A stretch of 64,000 nt of DNA, taken from contig CM075988.1 in the NCBI GenBank assembly GCA_038087875.1, forward strand, positions 12,214,001 through 12,278,000, read 5' to 3'. Position numbers and translations under genes: made by a program. The DNA is from Malacoraja senta (Eukaryota). The notes under the pieces were generated by a model. That model worked only from the letters and a program-made list of their open reading frames with translations. It was not told where the DNA came from and searched no databases. Below, in pieces: positions 24,203-36,185 of the stretch (its first letter is position 1; every line of letters begins with the position of its first letter).

Positions 24203-25745
24203 TGAATGAATGAATGAATGAATGAATGAATGAATGAATAAGTTTATTGGCCAAGTATTCACATACAAGGAATTTGCCTTGGTGCTCCGCCCACAAGTGA
24301 CAACATGACATACAGTGACAGTTGAGAATGATGCATAAAACATTAAACATTAATAATAAAACATTATTGATTAAACATGTAAATTAAATAAAATACCAGA
24401 GCAAAAGGTGGCTACAGATTTTTGGTAATTGAGTAAAGCTACTACTCGTGGAAAAAAAGCTGTTTTTATGTCTGGCTGTGGCAGCTTTGACAGTCCGGAG
24501 TCGCCTTCCAGAGGGAAGTGATTCAAAGAGTTTGTGGCCAGGGTGCGAAGGGTCAGAGATGATCTTACCCACTCGCTTATTGGCCCTTGCAGTGTACAGT
24601 TCGCCAATGGAGGGAAGGTTGCAGCCAATAACCTTCTCAGCTGATCGGACGATTCGCTGCAGCCTCCGGGTGTCGTGCTTCGTGGAGCCAAAACAGACCA
24701 TGATGGAGAAGGTGAAGACAAACTCTACGTTGGCCGTATAGAATTGGACCATCATTGCCTGTGGCAGATTGTGCTTCCTCAGCTGCCTTAAGAAGTACAT
24801 CCTCTGTTGTGCCTTTTTGACTGTGGAGTCGATGGTAGCCCCCCACGTAAGGTCCTTGGAGATGATGGTTCCCAGGAACTTAAAAGACTCCACAGATGTG
24901 ACTGTGGAGTTGTTGATGGTGAGTGGGGTGAGGGGAGGGGGAGCTCTCCTAAAGTCTACAATCAATTCCACTGTCTTAAGAGCATTGAGCTCCAGGTTGT
25001 TGCGACGGCACTAGGACGCCAGCTGTGACACTTCCTGTCTGTGGGCAGATTCTTCCCCATCCTGGATCAGTCCAATCAGGGTTGTGTCATCCACAAACTT
25101 GAGAAGCTTGACAGAGGAGTCTGTGGAGGTGCAGTCGTTGGTGTAGAGAGAGTAGAGAGTGGAGAGTACACAGCCTTGCGGTGCTCCTATGCTGAGGGTT
25201 TGCCGGTCCAGTATGTGCTTTCCCAGTCTCACATGCTGCCTCCTGTCTGTCAGGAAGCTGGTGATCCACCGACAGAGGGGTTCAGGTACAGTCAACTCAG
25301 AAAGCATGGATTGTAGTTGCTCTGGCACAATGGTGTTGAATGCAGAGCTAAATTCAACAAACAAAATCCTCGCATAGGTCCCCTGGTGCTGGAGGATGAA
25401 GTGCAGGCCTAGGTTGACTGCGTCCTCCTAAGATCTATTGGCCCGATATGCATACTGCAGAGAGACCAGCAGGGGGATCGTGATATTTTTCAGCTTGGCC
25501 AGCACAAGCCTTTCAAGGGTCTTCATGATTACAGAGGTCAGTGCGACAAGCCTGTAGTCATTAAGACCAGTAATCCTTGCCTTTTTGGGTACATGGACAA
25601 AGTGGAGACTTTGAAGCAGGCAGGGACAGTACATGTTTGCAGGGACTGGTTGAAAATGTCTGTGCCAGTTGTTCGCACAGAGCTTGAGAGTAGAGGGGGG
25701 AAACATTGTCCGGTCCTGGAGATTTCCGGCTTTTCTGTCTTATTA
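24203..25745 (-). mobile_element. Rex1/Babar non-LTR retrotransposon, 5'-truncated RT region
   Basis: ORFs with LNDYRLVALTSVIMK, QYAYRANRS, FSSAFNTI, GAPQGCVLS, KFVDDTT, ELIVDFRR, LPSGRR; 3' (ATTC)n tail at 24203-24239. Confidence 0.93.
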
Positions 25746-25783
25746 ATTAGCAGACTTTTCAAAGCCCAACCTACTTCTCCTCG

Positions 25784-26010
25784 TGTGGGAAGGAACTGCA
25801 GATGCTGGTTTAAACCGAAGATAGACACAAAAAGCTGTAGTATCTCAGCAGGACAAACAACATCTCTGGAGAGAAGGAATGGGTGACATTTCAGGTCGAG
25901 AGCCTTCTTCCATCTGAAGACGGAAGACAGGTCTCAACCAAAAACATCACCCATTCCTTCCCTCCAGAGATGCTGCCTGCCCCGCTGAGTTATTCCAGCT
26001 TTTGGTGTGT
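25784..26010. mobile_element. Palindromic Penelope pLTR unit
   Basis: Two inverted arms meet at about 25905-25925. Confidence 0.8.
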
Positions 26011-26439
26011 AACCTAGCTCTACTTTGTCAGTCTTGCAATAGGGAATACGTACATTGGCTGCCTAATTTTTTCGTGGAAGGTAAATCCTAGTGCTGTTTA
26101 AACAAGCGCAAGAGTAAAGTGTTAGTTTCCTCAGGGAGCAAGAGTGGAGTAAATCTGTCTGTCAATATGGAGGTATTTATGTCCATTCAGCACTGAGGAA
26201 AGCTGATCAGATTATCACCCTTGGAGCTACATTTTTAATAGAGTTGTGTGTAATTTAAAAAAAATAGATGATGTGACCCTGCTCACTATTACTGAAGTAA
26301 TTGAATCACCATGGGCAACAAGTGAACACTTTACCGCGTGCTGGTTGACAGGATGTTCAGAGGGCCTTGTACACAGCTCAGACCTGAAAGGGAAGCTCCC
26401 ACTCAACAATTAGCAGTGCACAGATCATTTTTATTTGGT

Positions 26440-26610
26440 AGACAAAGAACTGCAGATGCTGGACCCTTGAGCAAAATACAATGCACTGGGGTAACTCAGT
26501 GAGTCGGGCAGTGTCTGTGGAGGGAAGGGGCAGACGATGTTAGCCAAAACGGCATCTTATCCATTCCCGGCACAACTGCTGCCTGACCCATTTTTATTCC
26601 AGCATTGTTC
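26440..26610. mobile_element. Older palindromic Penelope pLTR unit
   Basis: AGAACTGCAGATGCTGG...GTAACTCAG...CTGCTGCCTGACCC...TCCAGCATT. Confidence 0.55.
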
Positions 26611-26664
26611 TGCTGACAGGCAGAAACTAAATTCGACTAAGCCTGTCGTCAGAACAATGAAAAA

Positions 26665-27134
26665 GTGGTCTGGTTTGGCTCAGCCGCCAAGCATGACATC
26701 CAGAGGCTGCGGCGCATCATTTGATCAGCCGAGAAGGTTGTTGGCTGCAACCTTCCCCCCATCGACAAACTGTACACTGCAAGGGCCAGGAAGCAAGCGG
26801 GTAAGATCATCTCTGACCCCTCTCACCCTGGCCACAAACACTTTGAAGCACTTCCCTCTTTAAGGCGACTCCGGACTGTCAAAGCCGCCACAGCCAGACA
26901 TAAAAACAGCTTTTTTCCATGAGCAGTAGCTCTACTCAACAACCAAAAGTCTGTAGCCTCCTTTTGCTCTGGTATTTTATTTCATTCTTCACATGTCTAC
27001 ATAATAATGTTTTATTTGTAATTGTCTACTGTATACCGTGTTGTTACTTGCGAGCATAGCACCAAGGCAAATTCCTTGTGTGTATACATACTTGGCTAAT
27101 AAAATTAATTCAATTCAATTCAATTCAATTCAAT
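26665..27134 (+). mobile_element. Rex1 3' fragment
   Basis: High similarity to the reverse complement of 24240-24700; (AATTC)n tail. A second, very short Rex1 tail follows at about 27241-27311. Confidence 0.9.
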
Positions 27135-28416
27135 TGCCCTTCACGAGCTTGTTGACGTTTCTTCGACAAATATATTGGTATATGTTTATTGTTGTTCCGC
27201 TTAGTGAGATACAGTGAAAAACGTTGCTTTGCGTTCTATCCAGGCAAATCTTGTATGTATACGTATTTGGCTAATAACATTTATTCAATTCAATTATTCA
27301 ATTCAATTCAATTACATATTTATACCCAGGGGAATTAAGTAGTTATTTTGTAACTGCATTCATGGAGGAAGATGCACAACATTTTCCAGATATATTAGAC
27401 AATGAAAGTTCTAATGAGAATGACAAACTTAAGAAATTATGCATTTTTCTAACACAGTTCAAAAAAAATTAGTAATCTTAAAAACGGATAAATTCCAAGA
27501 AAGTGGTGGTATGTGATAGTGTACATGACCACATCTTGATCGCTGCATGATTTTAAAATCTTCTACCAACAGAGGAAAGAAAACCTTCTCAATGCTGCTG
27601 AGTGGTTGATATTTCTGAATTAAAGTCTGCTCTAGGTTGCCTCTTCACACGTGAGTGTGTGCTGCAGACATTTTATATATATATATATAGCACTGTTAGT
27701 CATTATAATTATTATTCCAACACTATATTTATCATGTCTCTGACATGAGTCCTTGGCTTACAAAATAGTTTCATTTGCTGCAAAAAATATTTTGCAACAT
27801 TTCATGGGAGAATGATGTGGAGGAAGGATCAGGGAATGTAACATGGAGCTTATTTTTAAATTGGCGTTGTGTCTAATTCCTTGTTCATCTCTAGTGCAGT
27901 TAATTGGATGATAAAAAAACAATACCATTGTTTTATTTTCCCAAAATAGACTTCATTTTTAAAATAGCATTTGCACTAAAATTTTATGTGCAGTTGTCCG
28001 TCAGTACTGTCTGTGAGAAATGAGTCATGGATTAAAAATAAAGGATTTAAGAAGAATTCTTCATTTTTGTGTTGTATTTCTTTGAACAGCCTTTTCCTTC
28101 AAATCACTCTCAGATTAATACAGTTTCTACAATTGTACATCAGAATATTGTTGGAACAATTGTTTTGGCATTTGTCTTCGACATTATGCAAAGGCAATTC
28201 AGTGAAGCTGTATAAAATTAGATTTGGCCTTACCCTGTCAGGATGCGACTATGTAAACCTGTAGTCGATAAACCTGATGATCGAAGATATTTTGTTCCCA
28301 CTCTGCATTCAAGGCTTCTGACACGACTGAGGAAACCAGTGTGGGAAGAACTATTGTTTCTTCTCAGATGGGGCAGAAGGTGCGTATTGGGGTGGATGGC
28401 TTGTGAGGAGGTGCAT

Positions 28417-28722
28417 GTTTAGTTTAGTGTAGTTTAGAGACACAGTACGGAAACTGGCCCTTCGGCCCACTGAGTGTATGCCAACCAGCGATCCCCGCAC
28501 ACTAACACTATCCTACACACTAGGGCCAATTTACAATTATACCAAGCCAATTAACCTACAAACCTGTGCATCTTCGAAGTGCAGGAGGAAACCAGTGATT
28601 GTGGAGAAAACACACACAGGTCACGGGGAGACTGTACAAACTCCGTACCGACAGCATCCATAGTCGGGATCAAACTGGGGTCTCTGGCACTGTTAGGCAG
28701 CAACTCTACCGCTAGGCCACTG
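28417..28722 (-). mobile_element. HE1-like V-SINE
   Basis: (TTTAG)n, GGCCCTTCGGCCCAC, GGCAGCAACTCTACCGCT. Confidence 0.85.
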
Positions 28723-29234
28723 TCTTCCTTGTTCCCCCGGATATGAGGTCATCATCACCCCTCTGGGCAACCTGGGGAAACACACTGAAGAACTGTGCAA
28801 ATCCCACACAAACATAGGCTCAACCTTCACTCTGATCAATGGAATTTCATGGTGGATTCAGTGATCAGTTGTTATAACCCTGGCTGAATCCTAGTGAAAA
28901 ATTAATTCATCCGTGCTTTCCCCTCTACTCACCCAGCTGTACACATTTGAAGACCTTTGGGTTTTGTCATTGACTGCCATCCGATCTGTAAAATATTGTT
29001 GTGCCCTTAAAGGCACACGCAGTGCCTTATTTTAATTTGGTTGCATCGATAGAATGTTTTGTGCACTGAGCCTCAGTTGCCTTTAATTTGTATCTTTCTG
29101 TACTTCTCACATGTTGTGTAAAATTGACGATGGCGTTCCCATTTATGTGATTAAAGTCATTTATTTAGCTAAAGATTGTAAAATACACTTGCTGTGCAGA
29201 AACAGAATACATTGCATTTGCAGAAGATAAATTG

Positions 29235-29560
29235 GTGGCCCAGTGACACAGCTGGAGGAACAGCTGGCTCACAGCTGCAGTGACTCATTCAATCCTGACC
29301 TCTGGTTTTGTCTGCATGGATTTGTACGTTCTTCGATGAACATGTAGATTTCCCCTGCATGCTCTGGTTTCCTCTCACATCCCACAAAATGTGCAGATTG
29401 AGATATTAATTGGTCACTGTAAATTGCGTCAAGTATAGGATGAGTGATACAATTTGCAGGTAGTTGATGTTACTGTTTGGTGAGGGAGAGGGGAGTCAAA
29501 ATAGGACTTGGATAGGATTACTATAAATGGATGTTGATGGTTGTTGAACACTTAGTTGTC
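29235..29560 (+). mobile_element. Old degenerate V-SINE
   Basis: TTCAATCCTGACCTC, GCTCTGGTTTCCTCTCACATCCCA, TTAATTGGTCACTGTAAATTG. Confidence 0.55.
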
Positions 29561-29752
29561 TAAAGGATTACTGACACCTTGACAAAGCTAGGTTGGTTGA
29601 TATCCCAATATATTTCTTCAGCTGATTTTAGTTGAGTAATAGTTCGGAATTTCATAATTTCACTGCATAGTTGTTAGTCAGTAACTCATACTGGAGATGT
29701 GCAGGTATGGAGATGCATTGAGATTCAGGGTATACGGTTAAATTACATATCT

Positions 29753-30068
29753 GGGTGGCACGGTGGCACAGCGGTAGAGTTGCTGCCTTACAGTGCTTAC
29801 AGCGCCAGAGAGCTGGGTTCAATCCTGACTAAGGGTGCTGTGTGTATGAAGTTTGTACTCCCCATGACCACGTGGGTTTTCTCTGAGATCTTTGGTTTCC
29901 TCCCACATTCCAAAGATGTACAGGTTTGTATGTTAATTGGCTTGGTATAAATGTCAATTGTCCCTTGTGTGTGTGGGATTGTGTCAATGTGCAGGGATCA
30001 TTGGTCGGTGCGTATTTGGTGGGCCGAAGGACCTGTTTCCGCGCTAGTTTAGTGTATCTCTAAACTAA
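29753..30068 (+). mobile_element. HE1-like V-SINE, full length
   Basis: A-box TGGCACAGCGGTAGA, B-box GGTTCAATCC, GGTTTCCTCCCACA, tail TCTCTAAACTAAA. Confidence 0.88.
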
Positions 30069-30612
30069 AAAGATGTCATGCTGAACTATTTCCCAATTGA
30101 ATGTGATACTTGAAGGCAACTTGGTTCCATTAAAACAAAAATCATTAAAGCTAAATAATTGCGACCAAACTGGTGAAAATGAATGGTAATAGCGGAGTAG
30201 AAATGGTGTAGCTGACTATATATTCAATACCAGGCAGCTAACATGTGGGATGATTCCTGATAATGGACCAGGGAGACGATGAGATTGCATGAAAATGAGA
30301 AAGAAGAAAATTACACAGTCATCTGTGAACTGTCAACTACTGAAATATTTGCTGAAGGTAAGTTCCTGCCTCATTCTAAACTATCCCTGCCACCATCCCA
30401 GTTTCTGTCTTTAATTTCAGTAAAAGAAAAATCACAGCCATGGAAATCAGTTGTGGGAGAATTAGCAGAGTATATTGCAATTGCTGCTTCACTCCAGAGC
30501 AAAAGGCTGCTGAGAAAAGCATGATTGAAATTGCACTGAAATTTCAGTTCAACCAGGACCGCACAAAGACACAATTTATATGATCTAACAGTGCACCACT
30601 AGTTTTAACCAA

Positions 30613-30826
30613 AAGGACCCAAAGTGCTGGAGTAACTCAGCAGGTCAGGCAGCATCTCTGGTGAACAAGGATAGGTAGTGTTTCGGATCAAGACCCTTCT
30701 TCAGTCTGATGAAGAGTCCTGACCCAAAATGTCACCTATCCATGTTCTCTAGAGATGTTGCCTGAGTTACTCCAGCATTTGGTGTCCTTTTGTGTAAATA
30801 AACATCTGTAGTTCCTTCTTTCTCCT
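30613..30826. mobile_element. Palindromic Penelope pLTR unit with 11-bp TSD
   Basis: Arms joined at CTTCTTCAGTCTGATGAAG; GTTTTAACCAA at 30602-30612 and 30827-30837. Confidence 0.8.
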
Positions 30827-31160
30827 GTTTTAACCAAGTTTAGTTTGTTACAATCATACAACGGGTCACAACTGTTTGCTGAATAGGAAAAAAGAGGAAT
30901 ATTGTGTGACTTATTCTGCTGTTGGCTTGGGTGAAACATTTAAGTTTGTTGGTTTTTATTCATGACTTTGGTTTGTGGAAGAGCAAGCTGGCAGAAGGTG
31001 TTTTTTTTCCACATTGCATCACTTTTCAAATTATCAGAGAATTATTAAAATTGCAGCGTAAAGATCCTGTAACACATTAGCCTCTGCAGTTAACATAATG
31101 TAGCTTTAATTGGTCCCTATCAGTGCCAGATCTAATCGATCGATAGATTATACTTTGGCA

Positions 31161-31530
31161 GTGTGTGGGAAGGAACTGCAGGTACTGATTTAGGATGAAC
31201 AGCCATGATCATATTGAAAAGCGGTGCTGGCTCCAATGGCTGAATGGCCTATTCCTGCACCTATTTTTTTCTATGTTTCTATGCTGGCTTGAACCGAAGG
31301 TAGACACAAAAATCTGGAGCAACTCAGCAAGTCGGACTGCATCTCTGGAGAAAAGAAATAAGTGACGTTTTGGGTCGAGAGCCTTCTTCAGACTGAGTCT
31401 GGGGAAAGGGAAACGGGAGATATAGGTGGTGATATAGAACAAATGAATGAAAGATATGAAAATAAGTAACGATGTTTACTGAAAGGAAACAAGCCATTAT
31501 TAGCTGTGGACTAGGTGAAAACGAGTAGGA
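31161..31530 (-). mobile_element. Penelope pLTR fragment interrupted by a CR1 tail (about 31193-31281, plus)
   Basis: GGAAGGAACTGCAG | GGATGAACAGCCATGATC...TTTCTATGTTTCT | ATGCTGGCTTGAACCGAAGG...CTTCTTCAGACTGA. Confidence 0.75.
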
Positions 31531-32624
31531 CATGCTTAGCTTTAACACAGGTTTGGTCATGGCCTGGAATAACAAATACCAGCAGAGAGCAGACTGTGGC
31601 TAACTGAAGCAATGGCAGATTAATCTGTGCCCAATGACTGAACAGTGAGCTGTATATCTGGCATTGTTTCTCATTTCAGATTTCATTGCACTTATGCATA
31701 TACAATGAATGTTAATGTGAAGCTGGAGAGTATTTGCTACTTTTGAAAATGAGGAATACATTTCCAAGCAATATTTATATTTTTAGCACGAGGGAATGTT
31801 ATTCAATTTCAGGTTTCAAATCCTAGTTGGAAATGGTGCTTTATTGTTGCAAGTAGTGCATGGGAGGAAATCTTATTTCCACGTGGAATGATTACTTGGG
31901 TATTGAAAACGAGACCTAGTAATAACTCGTGTATTTTCGATAGGTGAGAGAAAATGAGCAATGCTCATATAATTATTGAATTATTGAAGGTTAAGGCAAA
32001 GGAGGACATTTGGCCGATCATATCCATGTTGTTCAAAAATGAGCTGTATCGATTAATCCCACGTTCCATGTCTGGGGCTCTAACTCACCTGGCTGCTGTT
32101 TAAATGTGCTGAGAGTTTCATCCTTTGATATCCTTTCAGGGAGTGAGTTGCAGACTGTTGCCATTGTGCGGTTGAAATAAATATTTCCTTATCATCCCTC
32201 TAATCCTTCCACCAATTACTTAAAATCCCTGTGCCCCGCTCTGCTCATGGAAATTGATCCATCTTACAGTTTTAAGTCTCCCTTCAGGCTTCTGAATTTC
32301 AAAGAGAGCTTCTCCAATTTAGCCAATCCCTCCATAAAATTCACAAATCTTGAGGATATCCTTGTCAGTTTGTTCTGCAGCTTCTGTGGTGTAGTGTAGT
32401 GTAGGAAATATTATTTTTTTCATCTGCACCATAATAGTGGCCTGGAACACACTCCCTGAAAGGATATCAGATGAAATCCTGAGCACACCTTTGCTATAAA
32501 GTGACCAAAATAGTTTGTCTTCTTAACTACCCTTTCTGCCTGTGCAGCAATGTTATGAGATCTGAGAACATGTACTCCAAGCACCCAGGTTTCCTCCGTA
32601 CTTCCCATTGATGCTGCGTTTTTT

Positions 32625-33108
32625 ATTTAGTTTAGAGATACAGCATGGAAACAGGCTCTTCGGCCCACTGAGTCCACGCTGATCAATTCCATCCTGCACA
32701 CAATTTACAGAAGTCAATTAACCTACAAACCTACACATGTTTGGAATGTGGGAGGAAACCGGAGCACCCGGAAAAAACCCATACAGTCACTGGGAGAATG
32801 TACGACAGTGGGAGAAAGGACAATGGGGACCCGGCGTGGGGGGACTGTTGTGGTGGGGGGGGGGGGGAGGGAGGGGGGACAAAAGGGGGAGCCGGAGTGC
32901 TTTGTAACTTTGTCAGCATTGTAGGTGGCTGCTATTTTTATACATTGTTTATGCAAGCCAAGAATCTCACTGTGCCTAGTCACATGTGATAATAAAATAT
33001 TCCTATTCCTATTCGTACTCTGTAGAGGCAGCACTCGTAGTTAGGATCGAACCTGGGTCTCTGGCGCTATAAGGCAGCAACTCTACCGATGCACCACTGT
33101 GCCACCGT
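32625..33108 (-). mobile_element. V-SINE containing a nested retroposon 3' fragment (32804-33014, plus)
   Basis: SINE halves are separated by a G-rich insert ending TGTGATAATAAAA(TATTCC)n; GTAC at 32800-32803 and 33015-33018. Confidence 0.8.
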
Positions 33109-33161
33109 GTTCTTGCCTTGTTTTCCCTGATCAAATGCAGGCTCTCACAAGATAAGTTAAT

Positions 33162-33255
33162 ATGAAGATGGTTCTTGACCCGAAACATCACCCATTCCTT
33201 CTCCAGATATGTTGCCTGTCCCGCTGAGTTACTCCAGCTTTTTGTGTCTATCTTG
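33162..33255 (+). mobile_element. Penelope pLTR fragment
   Basis: TGAAGATGGTTCTTGACCCGAAACATCACCCATTCC...CCGCTGAGTTACTCCAGC. Confidence 0.75.
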
Positions 33256-33664
33256 TTAATTCCATTCATATATACTCCTTTATGCAATGGTCACGGTGCT
33301 AATTTCCTGTGGAACTTCATTGCAGCATTGTAGTCCTTAAAATACCTGTTGAGTGTGACTTTTGTGTTCCCCCGATTCACCAACTTTGGATCCACCTTCT
33401 CGCTCCTTTTTGGATCTTGATTTCCTCATTAATTTGCCATTTTCTCTCCATTTACCAATGCCATTGCAAGACTGGCATCTATTGCCCAATACGGATTGTC
33501 CATGACAAGATCATAGTAAGACATCACCTTGACCTGCTGCAGTTTCCAACATGATAGTGGAGGGTCTTCCAGGATTTCTAACCCACATTATATTTCCAAG
33601 TCAAGGTAATGGGTGACAGAGGGGAATAAATAATGGTGTTGTTCCCATGCACTATTTTTTTGTG

Positions 33665-33965
33665 TAGTTTAAAGATACAGTGCAAAAACAAGCCTTTCGG
33701 CCCACCGAGTCTGCGCTCACCAGCCACACATTAACACATTAACACTATCCTACACACACTAGGGACAATTTACACATACACTGAGCCAATTAACTGACAA
33801 ACCTGTACGTCTTTGGAGTGTGGAAGGAAACCAAAGATCTCAGAGAAAACCCATGCGGTCACGGAGAAATGTACAAACACCTTATAGACAGCACCCATAG
33901 TTGGGATCTCTGGTACTGCAAGCACTGTAAGGCAGCAACTCTACCACTGCGACACCATGCCGCCC
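33665..33965 (-). mobile_element. HE1-like V-SINE inside an ancient LINE remnant (about 33465-34100)
   Basis: CCTTTCGGCCCACCGAGTC...GGCAGCAACTCTACC; flanks resemble 52150-52850. Confidence 0.75.
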
Positions 33966-34455
33966 CTTTGCTGCCTTTGTCTTCCTTAGTGGCAGAGGTC
34001 AGAAGTTCAGGAAATCTTGCTGAAAGAGCCTTGAGTAATGGCAGTGTATGTTCTTTGCATCAATTTGCCACCAGTGGTGGATGGGGTGTTATTTGGGACA
34101 TTGACAAGAGCTTCTTGCCATTATCTGTACAGACTGCAAAGAGTAATGATCATCAATGATTCTCCAAGTTCCCTCCTTGGAAAAAATCCAATCAAATTAA
34201 TAAAGACATTGCTTACCCTTTTCCATAGACAACTTGACAATGCCTGATTAATCTGTGCCTTTGTGAATGATCATTCGTGCTGTCACTTTGGTTATTTCCC
34301 TTTAATTTGCTCACTGTCCATGCTCACTTAATATTTGGAAGTACATTTTTATAATTCGCTTTGCAATGCTTAAAATAATAAATTATAGCTTAACAGGTTG
34401 CTACGCATTTGTAAGAATAAAATGTAATAATGTAAGTAAAATTTAATGAAGAACT

Positions 34456-34546
34456 ATTTTAAGAAGGAACTGCAGATGCTGGAAAATCAAAGGTAGACAA
34501 AAGTGCTGGAGAAACAACTGGAGATTCTCCAGCACTTTTGTCTGCC
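34456..34546. mobile_element. Minimal palindromic Penelope pLTR unit with 14-bp TSD
   Basis: Inverted repeat AGGTAGACAAAAGTGCTGGAGAA / TTCTCCAGCACTTTTGTCTGCCT; TTTAATGAAGAACT at 34442-34455 and 34547-34560. Confidence 0.82.
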
Positions 34547-34874
34547 TTTAATGAAGAACTGATTGTTTTAAAAATTCATGGTGTAAAACCTGAGGCCACC
34601 TTACATTTGCATTTGTGTGGCAGGAAGTTTAGATCTGCACATTGTTTTTGTGAAGAAATAAACAGTGAAATTGTATTGTTTTAATGTTAGTGAGGGTGAA
34701 ATTGGGTGTTTCCACATCCTAGATTTTACAAACTTTTATAGAGAAAACAAAGATATAAAGTTACATTTCTATATGTAATATAGATTTAGCTTAACTATAT
34801 TTAGCTTAACTCAGTAGGTTATAACTATAACCAGTTACCTTTACATTGTATCTGCCTGTAATTATGTGGGTGGG

Positions 34875-35259
34875 ATTTAACAAGATTATGGGAGACCCCT
34901 TCCACTCCAGCAACGGACTGTTCCAGCTGCTACGGTCAGGCAAACGCCTCCGTTGCCATGCTGAGAGAACGGAGAGGATGAGAAGGAGTTTCTTCCCAGA
35001 GGCCATTAGGACTGTAAACTCCTATCTCTCCAGGGACTAACTTTACTGGACCATTCTACTGTTGTGTGGTGTCTTTTAAAAATTGCTGGGTTTTTTCTCC
35101 TTTTTCTTCCCACCCACAAATATGTAATATGTGAATATGTGATTCTGTTCCATTCTGTTTGTAGGTTGTTTGTTTGTTTTTTTGCACAATCCGCGAGCAT
35201 TGCCACTTTTCATTTCACTGCACATCTCGTATGTGTATGTGACGAATAAACTTGACTTG
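34875..35259 (+). mobile_element. Rex1 3' fragment (second subfamily)
   Basis: ORF NKIMGDPFHSSNGLFQLLRSGKRLR...RMRRSFFPEAIRTVN; tail GTGACGAATAAA(CTTGA)n. Confidence 0.88.
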
Positions 35260-35734
35260 ACGATTACATAGTCAGAGGCGTGTTTGAGCCTGGGATTCTC
35301 ACGCAATCGTGCTAGTAGTTATTAGTTTTAGTTGGAGGAAGCATGGGGGAGAAGGCACAGCATTGGACCATGCATGAGTTCCACCATGCACGAGTTTGAC
35401 TACGAGTAAGATCAAAATGTACTTAAACAAGAAGAAGTTTGGATGAATATCTTACTGTTTTTACCACAACAATAAAGAGACTATTAATCAAGAGTATGTT
35501 TTGAAGATGTATCTTTGGACGACTTTAAATGTCTTGTGGAGAGCTCTCAAACATATCAAAATTATCTCCTCACCCCTGTCTTCAATCATAGTGGCTAGAG
35601 GAAAGATTCCTTGAACGATATAATAATCTGCCATGACACTATGTTTAAAATCTCAACAGTGTAGCGAGAGAAAGAAATGGATGGCCATTGCAGATGGAGG
35701 CCACACGTTTCCCAAAATGGTCGCCTGGTCTGTG

Positions 35735-36185
35735 CTTGGTTTCACCAATATAGAGGAAGTACTTGCCATCAATGAATGCAGTAGAACAAGTTGGAAAAGT
35801 TGCAGGTGAACGTCTGTGTCACTTGGAAACACTGTTTGTGTCCCTGGGTAGAGGGGGATGAGCGAGCCAGGGAGTCACAGAGAGAATGGTCATTGTGGAA
35901 AGCAGAAAAGAGGAAGAGGGGAAGATGGGACTGGTGGTGGAACCACATTGGAGTCTGAAACTGATGATGAGTTTGATGCGGAGGCTGGTGGGGTTATAGG
36001 TGAGGACCAAGGGGACTCTACCTCTGTTTTGTCTGCAGAGGGTTGAAACATCTGAGGGGTGTAAACAGAAGTGCAGGGAATAGAGGAAATGTGTGTGAAG
36101 GCTCCACCATCTATGGGATATGGGAAGCTAAGATTCTGGAAGAAAGAGAACATTTCCGAAGCACAATAGCAGAAGATCTCATCTT
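35735..36185 (-). mobile_element. Old Penelope-like ORF remnant
   Basis: GGTTTCACCAATATAGAGGA (LYIGET on minus) and GCAGGTGAACGTCTG..TCACTTGGAA, similar to 46790-46815. Confidence 0.6.

Noticed and set aside
28230-28385. Possible host exon (AG...GT-bounded open frames on both strands)
   Set aside because: Neither translation resembles a protein I recognise and no partner exons were found; needs RNA-seq or tBLASTx.
29753-29830. tRNA gene
   Set aside because: The A/B boxes belong to SINE heads that continue into the V-domain and LINE-like tail; no full cloverleaf or terminator.
30230-30365. Strong donor GAAG|GTAAGT after a short open frame
   Set aside because: No clear acceptor with a continuous frame; a single donor match is expected by chance.
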